Positions 1 through 32,579 of a stretch of DNA of 64,000 bases are shown one piece after another; the stretch's first letter is position 1; each line of letters opens with the position of its first letter. The translations under genes and the position numbers were made by a program. The notes under the pieces were generated by a model. The model did not search any database, was not told where the DNA came from, and worked only from the letters and a program-made list of their open reading frames with translations. This stretch comes from the human T2T-CHM13v2.0 reference genome, Homo sapiens: NCBI RefSeq assembly GCF_009914755.1, contig NC_060933.1, one strand, 5' to 3'.

Positions 1-721
1 AAAACAGTCCTAAACTGGCAGTAAGGAGGGCCTAGACACAAAAGAAACCCCCAAAGGCTAGGAATTGAGTACCAGGTGCTTCTGGCAGCAGAGGTAAGGA
101 GCATATTGAACCACAGGGGATTTGTTGAAAGACAGTTTAAAGAGCCATCAGTAACGTCCCAAGGTGACTCTCTCTACCACACCCCAGCAGAAGACAGATG
201 GTTTATTCTGCAGAGCGGCTAAAGCCAAGGGTCTCTGGACTGAGGAAAAGTAAGTCCAGCTGGGGACGGGGTGCATCTTATTGAAAACAGGGGAATACAG
301 TGAGGGTCTTTGTACTGAATATGAAGACTCCCAGTTGGCATCCAGGCTTAGTATGAACCTGTAGGCAGGAGATTCAAAGATAATTCCCTGGGGATCTGAG
401 AAGCCCAAGAGCAAAGATCTAAAGACACTGACATTGTGAGCTCACTGATGAAGGAACCCAGCCAGATCACCCAACAGTGAAGTTCCTGGTGGGTAGCAAA
501 CTCTGAGCTCTCAGCTTCCTAGCAGCCTCTACACACAGAAGCCAATGGTCACCAAGGCACTTGGGGGAGACAAACAATAACAAATAGATCTTTTTTTAAA
601 GAAAAAAGCTTAGGGAAAGAGATAAGAAGAAAATATAAAAAAAAATTATCATTAGTAGTACCAAAGATGAGCTATAGCACACATTAAACAAGAACAGGAT
701 GTTATCAAAAAGGAACATTCT

Positions 722-1060
<339 letters not shown>

Positions 1061-1284
1061 TCATTTGGATAGCACAAATTAAAAGCTTAGTGGAAGGGTT
1101 AGAAGATAAGGATAAAGATGAGGAAATAACTGAGATGGCAGAGCAAAAGGACAAAGCATAGGAGATTAAAGACATGAAAGTTACAGAATTATTCTGGGAG
1201 GATCTAACACCCAAGTATGAGGAGTCTCAGAAAGAATATAGAAAATAAAAGGGAGAGGGATCATCAACCAAGTTACTAAAGTAA

Positions 1285-2127
<843 letters not shown>

Positions 2128-2725
2128 TAAAAAAATACACTAACGTAAAATTTCAGATCACTGGGAACAAATGAAAAGTCATACAAGATTTCAACAGGAA
2201 AAAACAGGTTATAAACAAAGCACAAAGAATCAGAATGACATCAGACTTTTCAAATGGCCCTCCTGAAACCAAACCACAGTGGAGCAAATGCCTTCAAAAT
2301 CCCAAGGAAAAAATATTTCAAAATATAGAATTCTATATCCAACCACATTATCAATCAGTTGTGAGAATAGAATAAAGACGTTTTCAGAAATGAACACAGA
2401 AAAAGTTCAGCTCCTGTGCATGCTTTCTAGAGAATTTACTAGAGGACAAGCTCCACCAAAACAAGGGAATAAACCAAGAAAGAGGTGAAAGTGGGAAACA
2501 AAGGCAGAAGAGAGACAGTGAGAACTCCCAAGATGGTGGTGAAGGGAGATCTCAGCAGGCCTAGAAAGCTGCCAGAGAGATTGAAACAAACCAGAAGGAT
2601 CTGCAAAAAAATGTTTCCAAGAAGATGCAACTGAAAGATTAACTGATGTGCTTGGATGTACCAAGCAGCAGTTTGTGCTGCTGAATAAGGGTTTGGGATG
2701 AAGTGAGATAGAAAACTAAGAAGTC

Positions 2726-3118
<393 letters not shown>

Positions 3119-3235
3119 TTACTTAGCACAGGAGATGAAGAGGATTTATACAATCACAATATTGTAAACTTTCAATATTGAGCTAGCCCAAATTATGACT
3201 GAAGTATGTTGGAAGAATGATGAAACAGGAAGTAG

Positions 3236-3600
<365 letters not shown>

Positions 3601-4469
3601 ACATTTTTTTTTCTTTTGTGGAAAGTTGATACACAATGCTTAAGACTAAACACACACACACACGCACACACACAGTTATTTAGTGATACAAAGGTAAATT
3701 TTAAAAGCAACAGCTACAAGAGTTCAAAGAGTTTGCATCTAAGAGCAAAAAAGCTGAGGAATTCAGGGATGGGGGACAGGAGGCTGTAGTTTCTCATAAT
3801 AAACATTATGGACCTACTTGATGCTTTAAACTGCATACACGTATACAAATGAAAATTGAAAAGCAGTTGAGAAAGATTTAAATTTGGATAAGTTTCCCAT
3901 ATAATCATATGTGCCATCTTGAATCCTCTCAGCTCCATCAGTTTATGAGGGTCTTGGCCACTTGTTCTGTCCCAATCAGTTCCGCATGGGCACAGCTCCG
4001 TGCAGGCACAACCCGACAGTATTCTCACCTCCGGCCCCCACGTTCCATGCTTGCTTGTGTTCAAAATGCTATGGGATCCACTCAATGTCCATGCATGTGC
4101 CAGATGGTTCCCCAAGATCAAGAAATCAATCGTGATTAACATCAAGCAGTGGCCAGATCAATCACGTACTTTCATATGAGTTCTCCCTTTTTTCCTATTT
4201 CCCCCCCTTCTAGCTTTCCTGTGCTTGCACTCCCTAACACATTACTAGCCCTTCACTTTTACTTCAATTCTCAAGCCCTAGACAGTGGCCCTAGAAAGCA
4301 ACCTTTGGTTTGAGATTTGGTGTTGGAATGTTCAGATCATACTTAATAGTGAAAGACTGAATGCTTTCTCCCTTAAAATCAGGAACAAGGCAAGGATGTT
4401 TTCTGTCACTACTGCTAGTCAACACCAGAAAGGAATTCCTAGCCAATGCAGTAAGGCAAGGAGAAAAGA

Positions 4470-4570
4470 CATACAGCCAAGAAAGAAGAAAGAAAGAAAG
4501 AGAGAGAGAGAGAGAAGAAGAAAAAAAGAAAGAAAGAGAAAGAAAGAAAGAAAGAGAGAGAGAGAAAGAA
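4470..4570 (+). repeat. (GA/GAAA)n purine-rich simple repeat
   Basis: Direct reading: aagaaagaagaaagaaagaaagagagagagagagag... Confidence 0.95.
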
Positions 4571-4606
4571 ATCTGCCTGTCTTCACACACAAGATTGTAT
4601 ATGTTG

Positions 4607-8550
<3,944 letters not shown>

Positions 8551-8577
8551 AGAACATAATAAATATATTTCATAATA

Positions 8578-9112
8578 GTTTTACTTGATTATGGGAGCTT
8601 TCAGAATGAAGACCCAAAGACCCAGGGTGAACTGTGCACTTTTATACTTAGGTTCAATCAAGTATAGACAACTGCATAGAAATATGATTGGACCAAAAGG
8701 GTGTGATCTAATAGTAAGAGGCTGAGTATGGAAACCCAGCAAGGCCAGTCTGTTTAGACTTTTCTTGGCCTCTCTGTGCACGTTCCTTCCTTCCAGGTAT
8801 GCGGCAGGACGTTCCCTGGAATGAGGGTCCCATGACCTACAATCAAACAAGGTAGGTCAGAAAAATGTCTTTCTGGCCAGCTGTTACACAGAAAGGTGAA
8901 GGAGGGTTAGGGTCATATTTGTAGGCATTGTGGCTGGCTTCAGGGAAGAGGGTTCTGGTTTCTATGATCCACTTTGGGGAACAGGAATTGTAGTTTCCAT
9001 GGCTCGCCTCAGGGGAGAATGAGGGGTGAGAGACAGAAGGGCAGGGAAAGGTCAGGGAGAAACTTTGCTTCTGAAGCTTTTACTTTGAGGCATTGTTTTC
9101 TGAGCCCCAACA
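8578..9112 (-). mobile_element. MER34-type ERV1 solo LTR
   Basis: Reverse strand begins TGTTGGGGCTCAGAAAACAATGCCTCAAAG...CAGAAGCAAAGTTTCTCCCTGACCTT, matching the recalled MER34 5' end. Confidence 0.75.
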
Positions 9113-9216
9113 ACCTCAAGCCAGAAACAACCCAAATATCCACCAATAGGAGAATGTGGAACTATATTGTGGGCTAGTCACACAATGGAATACTAAACAT
9201 TAAGAACAAGTGAACT

Positions 9217-13100
<3,884 letters not shown>

Positions 13101-13110
13101 GTAAATCTAG

Positions 13111-14180
<1,070 letters not shown>

Positions 14181-14199
14181 ACCATTGTCTGTAAAAACT

Positions 14200-17539
<3,340 letters not shown>

Positions 17540-18312
17540 TCATGATCTCATCCTTACTCAGGGCTGCTCCATTCCTGTCCTTATCCCTGTTTTGTTTCAC
17601 GTGGACTCCTAAGTTCTCCTTTTCCTTAGGCACATTCGGCTTGGTGTCTGTCATCGTATGTAACCTGAATACAAGCAGGGTACTAAATGTCCCAGTCATT
17701 TTCAAAAAATGATGGAGTGGCACAGTGTCTCACATGGTCCCAGGGTTCCCCTTTACACAAATACCTTCAAAATTCCACATTGGTGGCCACTGCTAAAAAC
17801 AAGCTTTCCTTCTCTGTCTGCTTCTGAAACACCTCCCTAGCAGCTGATCCTACGTGCTTCCTTCCTTTGTGCCACATCAGCCCAGTCTTGGGTGGGGGGC
17901 TTCTGGTCCCACCTGCTGTTCTGCTCTTGGAGGGCCAGAGAATCCTAGATCTCCATGCCAGCCACGCAGCCCCCATCCTCCCCAGTCCCCTGGGGAAATC
18001 TTGGTGAGGAATTTCAGGTAACTCAAGTTTGCCTCCCTGTTGTACTGGAACCCATTCTCTACTTCTCAGAGCTCTTAAGCGGATTCAGTGCAAGGTGTTC
18101 AGCCCCGGTCTGACACAGGGCTGGGCCTTAAGAGTTCAGTATATGACGTATCTCCTTCATCCTCCACCCCAATGCCAACACAGAGCCTGGCCAAGCAGCA
18201 CTTCCTCTAGAGGGAAATTTCCTCTAGTAGAAGGCAGAGAACGGGAGGAGCTCTAGACCACTGGGTAAGAGACTTCGGGGGCTACCGAATGACAGAGTTA
18301 AAAGGGACTTCA

Positions 18313-20228
<1,916 letters not shown>

Positions 20229-22389
20229 TGAGCTGTTCTCCCTAATCCACCTTCCATTTCCACTCAATGGGACTCACTAGTTAGCGGGCTATGGATCCAC
20301 TGGGGAGGGTTGTGTGGCCCAAGATGATGGAGAAAGAGCTCCAGTCGGTCCCGGGAGGCCTGGCCTTTTTTGGACCAGTTTCCCTGACTGGAAAATAAGC
20401 TTTGATTAGAAGAGCTCTGAGCCCCCTTGCAGCTCCAATCTGCTCAGATTTTATTTTTTTATGGACTCCATTCTTGAGCAGTGCAGCCTTGGGCAAGTCA
20501 CCAAAGCGAAATCCTGGTAGCTCATCTGTAAAATGGGCACATTACTGGAGGAAGCCTGGCAGCAGGGGGGTGGGGGAGCTTCTCACCACTGCCCACTCCT
20601 TGCTGCACGTCTCTTGGGTCCACCTTGGAGGGGGTTCGCAGCTCACAGTTAAGAGCTCAGACCTGGGTGTCTGGCAAGGCTGGCTTTGAGTTCCAGCTTC
20701 ACCGGTGACTGACTGCGTGTCAGCAGCTCAGGCCCTGCCTTTCAGTCTCCTCATCCATAGAAAGGAATGTAATGAGTACCAACTCCCTAGGATTGCTGGG
20801 AGACAATACCTTTAAGCTCATGGCATGTCCTAAGTGCCAACTCAGTGCCAACTGTCACTTTGTGATTGGCTGAAGTTTCCAGGGCTCACGGCCTGGAGAG
20901 GGCCACTGGCTCAGGGACAGAGCCAGAACCAGATCTTGAGGTCCCAAGGAGTGATGTACATGCAGCAGTGAGCACAGGCTGTTCCTGGCTGCCCTGTCCC
21001 CTCCCCACTTGCTACAAACCTTTCTCTGAGAAGCCCAGGATCTCACGGAGGCTCTAAGATCTGCAAGGGCCCGACCCATCTCTGGAAGAACCCTATGTGA
21101 CAGGCCTCCTTCCCTCGTCTGCCCCTTCCCAGGCTCTGCAAGGCCAACTCTCCCAGAAGGCAGTAGCACGTCCTGCCTGCTGCTTTGCTGGGCTCAGAGG
21201 AAACCCTGTCCCAGCCCGCCGGAAGGTGGTGACTTCCCGGGCTGCTGTGTCCAGAGGCAAGCGGCCAGGCTCCACCAGGACCCGTGAAACAAGAACTGGA
21301 GCCTTGACCCTGGTTGGTCTGAGTGTGTGTGTGTCCTTGTGGAAGTCATGCTTTGGACCTTTGCCTTTGGCTCCCTGTTTGTTCCTGGAGTGCCATGATA
21401 CACCCACCAGCCCTGGCCCAAATCCCCCTGCCTCCTGGACACTTAGCTCAGGCGTCTCAGCTGAGGCTCCCTCTCTATTTATGCACTGGGCTCCAGTATT
21501 TGCAGGCTTCTTTTAGAGCCTTAATAGTAAACTTTCCCAACTGGGGCTCACACCCATGGTTGTGCTTGAATGATAGTGGTCTGACATGAGGGGGTTAGAA
21601 AACTCGGTTATTCTCTGATGATGCCTGCAGGGCTGCTGGGGAGTCTGTCTGCTCAAAGGCATCGATTCTAAGGACTCCAAATGGACCCTCGGTTCTTGTC
21701 CAGTCTCTGTCCTCGTACTTCCTTCCATGCTGGAAGCTTACTAAAAGGGACCGTGTATGCCAAGAGCTACTGGTGTTATCTCCTTAAACCCTCCCAACCT
21801 AGCCCCATGAGGTGGCGCCGACTGACAATTCTATTCCCATTTGACAGCTGGGCCAGCTGAGGTTCCAAGTATAATTTGCCCAAGGACACACCCAGCCAGG
21901 AAGTGGAAGGGCGGAATTTAAACCCAAAGCTACTGACTGGACTCCAGAGTTCAGCTTTTACCCTCCTCCCTGGGCAGCCTCCACTCTGCCTGCCAGGGCC
22001 TGAGTTCTCAGAGGGCAGGGGCTGTTTCCGGCTCAGCCCAGGTGCCGTCCAGGGCCCAGTGCAAGGCCCAGGACCTGGTTGGTATCTAGGTGGCACCGAA
22101 TGCATTCAGTCTACTGACAGAAGCAATACAATGTGTGTGCGTGACAGAGAGGCTGTCAGACACACAGGAACAGAGGGAGAGGAGAGAGAGAAAGAGAAAG
22201 AAAAATAGGAGGAGGCTCACGGGGTAGGCCGGTGTCTGGTCCAGAGCCCCTCAACCCACAGCCCAACCAGAGAGGAGGACCCCCGGTGCTGGAGAGTGGG
22301 ACACCCGAGCCTACCCGCGGTGCTGGGCCCTACTCAAGGCTGTAAACCAGAATGTAGAGGTGGTAATAGGGAGCCGCAGATGGTCCGGG

Positions 22390-23150
22390 AGCAGGGGAGT
22401 GACGCAGTGCGGTGCCCACACCACCTGATTGGGTGCAGAAGACACCAGCCCAATCCCACGAGAGCTGGGCGGACCCGGCGGACCGCGAGGGAAGGAGGGG
22501 GTGGGCGCAAGTGGCAGCCCTCCTGCCCGTGTCAGAGCCCACGCGACCGCTCCAGGCGGGCTCGTTCTCGGGGGAGAGGGGACGGCCAGCGGGAGCGGCC
22601 GGACTCTGGGATTTGGGGAGGCCGTGGGGGAACGGTTCACTGGCCTTCTGGGGCGGAAAGCGGGCGAGGCGACCCCCAAGAGAGCCCCGGCCGGGACGCG
22701 CGGACCCCAGAAGCTCGGGCGGGGGCGCCCCTCGGAGGAATGTTTCCGGGGCCCGGACCGCGCCGCCGCCGCAGCCTTTCCTCCCTCTCCCCGCCCGGCT
22801 CGCCGGCCGCCCTCGCGCCCCCTCCAGGGCCCCCTATCTTCCCCCACCCGAACCCCACATCACTGCCCTCCGGGCCGGCTGCGCCCAGGCACTTGGTGCA
22901 GATGTAACCTCTCCGCGGGCCCCGCCTCCGCCGGGAAGCCGCGCGCGGTTGCCAGGAACGCGGCAGGCGATCGGAGCTGGACGGCGGCCCGGGCATCTCG
23001 GCACTGGCGGCGCTCGGCCCTCCTGGGCGGCCCTGGCCCGGCCCTCTCCCCACTGGCGCCGCTGCGCTTGCTCCGATTCCCTCCGCGGGGCTGAGCCTCT
23101 CCACCGCGCCCCTACCCTCCGATTCCGGTCTCTTCCGCTGCCTCGGATTC
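22390..23150. promoter_or_regulatory. CpG island 1, promoter-like
   Basis: Very high GC and CpG density. CRE-like GTGACGCA (~22399), CCAAT boxes (~22427 reverse, ~22450), GC boxes, RFX X-box-like GTTGCCAGGAAC (22948-22959). No coding exon recognised. Confidence 0.85.
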
Positions 23151-23512
23151 TTTCCCTCCTGTGTTCCCGCTCCTCCCCGATCACCTCCTACTCGCCCCCT
23201 TTCCTTCTGGAGCAGAGAGTACAAGAAAAGGGGTTCATCCACCCCACTCTTCGCCAGCCCGCTGTGGGGTGGTTGGGGTCCCCATGTCCCCCTTGGTAAC
23301 ACCTTCCCCACCGTCTCCCCAGGATCTCAGGAGCCCCCTCTCCCTCAGACAAACAGATCTTAAGCTGGGCTTTGTGGATGACCTTGGGTGGGGGGTGTCC
23401 CTGAAATTCTGTGTCACATTTGGGGTGCATTTGTCTGGAGAGAATCCAAACATTTCATCGGTTTCTCAAAGACACCAGTGGTTAAGAAAGGTTAAAAAAA
23501 AAAGCAGTCCCA

Positions 23513-24147
<635 letters not shown>

Positions 24148-24979
24148 TTACTAATCTATGCAGCACTTATTTATTGAAGACCTACTATGCTCCAAGTGCA
24201 TTCTAAGCCCTAGGGCTGCAGCTAGGAACTCTAGACAAGGACCTCACAGGAGACAAAGGGGTCATGACAGGTGCTCTGGGGCTGGGAAGGAACTGGGGAG
24301 AGGCATGAAAAGGAATGACAGGTGGGCTTCACCCAGGGCTGAGGTGTGGGGTGTCTCTGAGGACTTCACAGGGGCACTGGCACCTACCTGGCCTGCCCCC
24401 AGCCTCCCCACTTCCAGAACTTACCTTAGGAGTGCAGCCCTTGCCCACTCTGTTCCCACAGCTATGGTAAATAGGACTCAAAACATACTTGGGCCGGGGG
24501 GGTGGAGGTCCCCAACTCTACCCCACCCTCTGCTCTCAGTGAGCTGAGATCGAGCCACTGCACTCCAGCCTGGAGTAGGTAGAGCCCAGAGTGGCCCAAA
24601 GGTCTGTTATATGGAGACAGGCTCCAATTTTGAGTCTGTGTTTGTTTTATCGTTAAGAACAACAGCTAGCATGTATTGAGCACTTTCTATGCAGCAAGCA
24701 CTGCAGTAAGCATTTTTTGTGCCTTTATTCACCACTTGAGCAAGTTTTCTACAGAGCCCCTCCCCTTGCCAGGCACTGTGCCAGATGCTGGGGCTATGCA
24801 GTGGGGAGGCAGACAGGCCCTTGCCCTCATGGAGCTCACAGACTGGTAGAAGAGACAACAAATGAATTCAGAACGAAGCGCAGCCTGTCATAAGGACCAG
24901 AAATGAAATCAGCGAGGTAATGAGATGGACAGCAACCAGCCAGCAAGGGAGGACGGGGCGGCTGCTTTGGATAGGGGTG

Positions 24980-25670
<691 letters not shown>

Positions 25671-26338
25671 GGTGGGCAGGGGGCACTGGAGCTGAGACCT
25701 GAGGGTGAGAATGAGCTGGTCTCTCCAAAAGCCAGGAAGAACTTCAGAGGCAGAGGAACAGCCTATGAAAATGCCCTTGTCATTTTCACAAAAATCTTGT
25801 CAGGTGGATACCAGTACTGTGCCTGTTTTACAGATTAGGAAATTGAAGCTCAAAAAAGTGAAACTCCTTCTTGGATGGAGTCACCCCTCTGGGACCAGAT
25901 GGAGCAACCCCTGGAACCCAGAGCTCCCCTCCCCTTTTCTCTGCCCCCTTTCCCCGACTTTGATCCTAAGAACTGGCCAGCAGGCCCTCTGCAGGCAGCA
26001 GTGTGTGGCAGTGTGCAGGAGAACGTGCTCAAGTCTGGATCAGGAGGCCTGAGTTCTAATCCTGTCCCTGCCTCTCCCAAGCAGGGTGATGTTGGGTGAT
26101 TCACCTACCCTCCCTGGGCCTCAGTTTCCCTTCTGTGTCATCACCCCGGCTAGCTTAAGCAATAAGCATATCCTTATCCTAAGAATAACATACGGCATGC
26201 CTCTCACAAGGTCACAGTCCAGCAAAGTCAAGGACATAGAGAGCTTAACAGACGATGCACACCCAGAAAGTGCTTGATGTAATCTGATCATAACTGTCAT
26301 CCGATTAAATCAAGTGTTGTTACAGAAGTGGTTTTTAA

Positions 26339-27976
<1,638 letters not shown>

Positions 27977-28270
27977 TCACTGCAGGGACAGGGACAGGGG
28001 CTTGGAGCCTGAGCCCCCCCTCAACCAGGCTTAGAGTGTGAGGGGCTGTGTCCACCTCTTCCTGGTCTCTGCCGCATCCAGCAAGCACAGGGCCAGGCAT
28101 TTCTCAGCCCAGCATAGTCTGCACCACCCAATGCCTACAGATGAACCCACAGATTAATCATCCCGTGCCAAGTCCTGTGCTGGGCACTGGGATGCAAAAT
28201 CTCTGGTGGGGACCACAGAAAAGAAATAGCACAGGGATAAGATGGCAGCAAATAGCAATAAAGGCCCCAC

Positions 28271-29035
<765 letters not shown>

Positions 29036-29959
29036 CACCATGATAACTGAACCAAAGAACAAGATCTGGGGTGAAGGGATGGGAGATGCTGTGAGACCAG
29101 GTGGTCAGGGACGGTGTCTCTGAGAAGGTGACGGTTAGGCTGAGACCTGAAAGCTGAGAAGGAGCCAGTCACTCCAAGGACAGGGGGCGGAGTGGCTCCT
29201 GGCTGAGAGAACAGCATGTGCCAGGGCCCTGTGTCAATGCCTGCTCCTGGTGGGGTACTGGGGAATAAAAAGTCACATCAGTCCCTGCCTCTCCTCAAAG
29301 ACAGGTGACCCACAGCGCTTCACATATCATTGCCCAGGACCAGCAACAATAGGCCTGGCCATTAGCAAGGGGATGAACAGACAGGGAAATACTACTGAAC
29401 AATGGCAGGGGAGGGCTACGGAGACAGGCCTGGACAGGGACAGGTCCCAAATAGTACGCTGGGCAGAAACCAGGAGAGGCAGAGTGCGTGCTCTGATTTC
29501 AGTTGGGTGAAAAGGCAAAACTGTCGGTGGTGATGGAGGTCAGGCTGGCGGTTCCCTCTGGAGGGATGGAAGCCATCGGCTGTCTTGCCAACAAACATGT
29601 AAGAAATTGTGGGTTATACGTTGAAGATCAGGGCATTTTACCAAACGTAAAATATACATCAAGAAAGTACTAAAAAGAAAAAGTACTAAAAATAAGAGAA
29701 GATACTATGTGGCCTACAAGGAAAGAAAGAATCCCCCTCCCCACAGCCCACCTCCTTCAAACCAGGAATCTCCTGGCAAGCTTTGTTCCGAGGTCAGCTT
29801 CGGGGCAGAAAACAACAGTCCCCGCTCCCTTCCAGAAAAACAACCCAAACCCCATCCCCCATCATCTACAGAGGATGGGGCTGGGGCCTTCCCCCTTCTC
29901 TTCTCCTCCCGGCTCCTTCCTCCTCCCTCCTAAGGCCCAAGGTCCAGAAGGGGGTCCCA

Positions 29960-30320
29960 GGGTGGGGACAGGGTGGTCCAGGAGCAGGTCTAGCAGTTGG
30001 GAAAGTCCGGGCAGCCCTCGGTGTCAGTCTGGGAAGGCCTGGGCCTCGCCCGCAGCTGGGCTGTATGTAACCCGAGCCTCTGGCTAAGCGGATTTCTCCC
30101 AGGGCAGGACCCCCTCCGGTTCTGGAATGCAGCCTGGGGCGGGAGGTGGAACTGAAGAGGGGGTAACAAAGGGTGACACCGCTTTGAAACTCCGCTTCCT
30201 GCCCCCCACCAGCCTCCAGCCTGAACAAACACGCCCTCTCCTCGCTGGGCCTTTGTTGGGAGAGGTGGGGCTGGCCCAGGGCTGCGGTGGCAGCTTCCGC
30301 CCCTGCCAGGGCAACCCCAG
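29960..30320. promoter_or_regulatory. Enhancer/promoter-like motif cluster
   Basis: kB-like GGGAAAGTCC (29999-30008), TEAD GGAATG, GC box GGGGCGGG, SOX-like AACAAAG and CTTTGTT, TCF-like CTTTGAA, ETS CTTCCTG; locally raised CpG. Confidence 0.5.
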
Positions 30321-31359
30321 CCAGGCTGGGGTCAGGGCTTCCACCCTCACCCCCACCACCCATCCTCCAGGCCCAGAAGCCCGAAGCCCACCTCCCACTC
30401 CCCTCTCCCCTTGGTTTCTCGAGGGTTCCTACTTGAGTGGGGGCGCCAGTGCTAGGCCCACCCGGTCAGGATCCAGATTGGCCCCCCATGCTGGGGACCT
30501 GGCTGTCAGGGGGGTCGCAACACCTTCCAAAGAGACACCCTGTCCCCACATCCCCACCATGGTGGTCCCCGCCTCACCCCTGTCCGCTGGGGCTCAGTCT
30601 AGCTTTTTCCCTGTCTGTCTCCTTCTTACCCTGCACACCCTGAAAACTCATCTCCATCCAACTCTGCCTCACTCTCCTCTCCCACCCCACCATTCCCACG
30701 TGCATACCGGGGCCCCAGCACACAAGATCCCCAAGCCCAGGCTATCCCGTCCCAGTGCCAGGACAAGACCACCAGCCCGGGTCCTCGGAGCCTCCCTCTC
30801 CCCGACGCCCCCTGGGACCCTCCCCTTGGCTGCTCACTCCCCTGGGGACTGTCCTCTGGCCATCCTGCTCCAGCCTCCACTGCGGGGACCCTCAGTCCCC
30901 TCCTCAGCCACCAGGCCACAAACCCTGCAGGACAGCCAGGCGCAGCGGATGGGGTGGCCTGGCGGCCAGGCCACTGGAGGCAGTCCCCAGGGAGCCCCGG
31001 CGAAAGGGAAGCAAGGATAGAAGTCATCTCGATGGCAACAGCCCTGAGGAAAAGGGGGTGCCGCCAAAGGTGAGCCAGGCTGGAGTGGGCTGGGAGCCTG
31101 CCAAGGACCCTGACGGCACCAAACCAGTGGGATATGGGCCAGTTGCACGGACCCTGCGGGGCTCCTCGGGACGTCTCCCCTCCACCAGCTGTGCTGATTT
31201 CACCCACACTGCCCGGGGGTCTCCCCTGGGCTCCCTAGCACTCCTGTGCCATCCCTGCCATGCACAGACCACTTTGAGCTGTCCTTGTCTCCATTGCCCC
31301 GCCCCCCTCCCCTGCCCATCTGGACTCCAGGGCCCTGCTAATCGCCAGGCACAGGGTGA

Positions 31360-31420
31360 GGGAAGGAAGGAAGGGAGGGAGGGAGGGAGGGAGGGAGGGA
31401 GGGAGGGACAGAGGGAGGAA
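31360..31420 (+). repeat. (GGAA)n(GGGA)n polypurine tract
   Basis: Direct reading; has G4/triplex potential. Confidence 0.95.
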
Positions 31421-31504
31421 TGCTCCACCAACTACTCAGGTGCAGGCTGCCCCGACCTTGCAGGTCACGCCCACCCTCCGGGGAGGAACTGGCCCCAGCC
31501 TGGT

Positions 31505-31590
31505 GCTGGTCATTAACTCAATGCCTGGACTCGCCTGGTTAATGAATAATTAAGCTGGACAGAGTCTGACCTCGGGATGACCTTGAGCTG
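31505..31590. promoter_or_regulatory. HNF1-like sites plus a perfect DR5 nuclear receptor element
   Basis: GGTTAATGAATAAT (31537-31550). TGACCTcgggaTGACCT (31567-31583) equals AGGTCA-N5-AGGTCA on the minus strand. Confidence 0.55.
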
Positions 31591-32579
31591 CCCGCTGCAA
31601 TGTCCTCCCCCAGTTGGATATGTGACCCATTCAGAGCGACCCTGCTCTTCTTCCTCCCTATTGGTAGGTTCTGAATCCTGGGGAAGGACCAGACAGGAGA
31701 AGTCCTGACCCCAACTCCCGAGGGCCCCGGCCAGCCCAGGAGGCCACCACTCCAGCACACAGGGCATGAGGGACTCCTTTCTCTCCACACTCCTTGCACG
31801 TGGGCTTCCAGCGCTGAGCGACGCTAGGTCCAGCTCTTCCCCTACCCACAGCCACCCCACCCCTGAGTTTCAGTTTCTCCATCAGTCACCCAAGGAGGAT
31901 GGGCTCAGCATGACTGTGATTCCCTCCATGTGGCTGTGGAAATGGGTGAGCATGTGGCAGTTGGAGCCAGATGCCTTGGAGACCACTTTGTCATGCATAA
32001 AACAGAACTTCAGAGCCGTAACCAGCTAGAAAGAAGCCCACAGCAAGCTGGGGGGACTGGGAGGAGGATAGGGTCTGCTGACCCACAGTCCTGGCCTGTC
32101 TCCCCTTTATGCTAACCCTCCCTGTTGGGCTTTGTCCATTATTCAATTCAATTCATTCATTCATTCAGCAGCTATGTTAGGCAGGCCTCTGCATGAGCGG
32201 CCAGGGTGAACCAGGCAGGGTCTTGCCCTTGGGGAGGCCCAATCCAAGGGACGGAACCATCCAGAGCACTCAGCGCAGGTTTGCAGAGGACAGAGGCCCC
32301 CTCCCCTACCTGAGAGGTCAGAGGGCACCTGCAGCAGGGCCTCTCCCATGCTGAGCCTCAAGGAAGGGAAGAGAAGAGGGAGGCAGGAGCTCCTGGAGGA
32401 GCAACCGCAAGAGCAAAGGACTTGCAGAGAGAATGTTCCATTGGGAAAATTCCTAGCAGTTCGGTTTGCTTGGCTGTCTTGAGACACAATGAGCCACAGA
32501 TAAGAGTTTTAAAAAAAGACTATAAGGAGCAAAAGGTTTGAAGCCGGGGTTTGAACCTGGGGAGAGTCTTGGTCAGATC

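Noticed and set aside
22296-23311. Overlapping 180-295 aa ORFs in CpG island 1
   Set aside because: Open in several frames on both strands, Pro/Arg/Gly/Ala-rich, no domain; explained by stop-codon scarcity in GC-rich DNA.
30127-31516. 297-aa and 253-aa Pro-rich ORFs
   Set aside because: No recognisable family, compositionally biased, and one runs through a (GGGA)n repeat.
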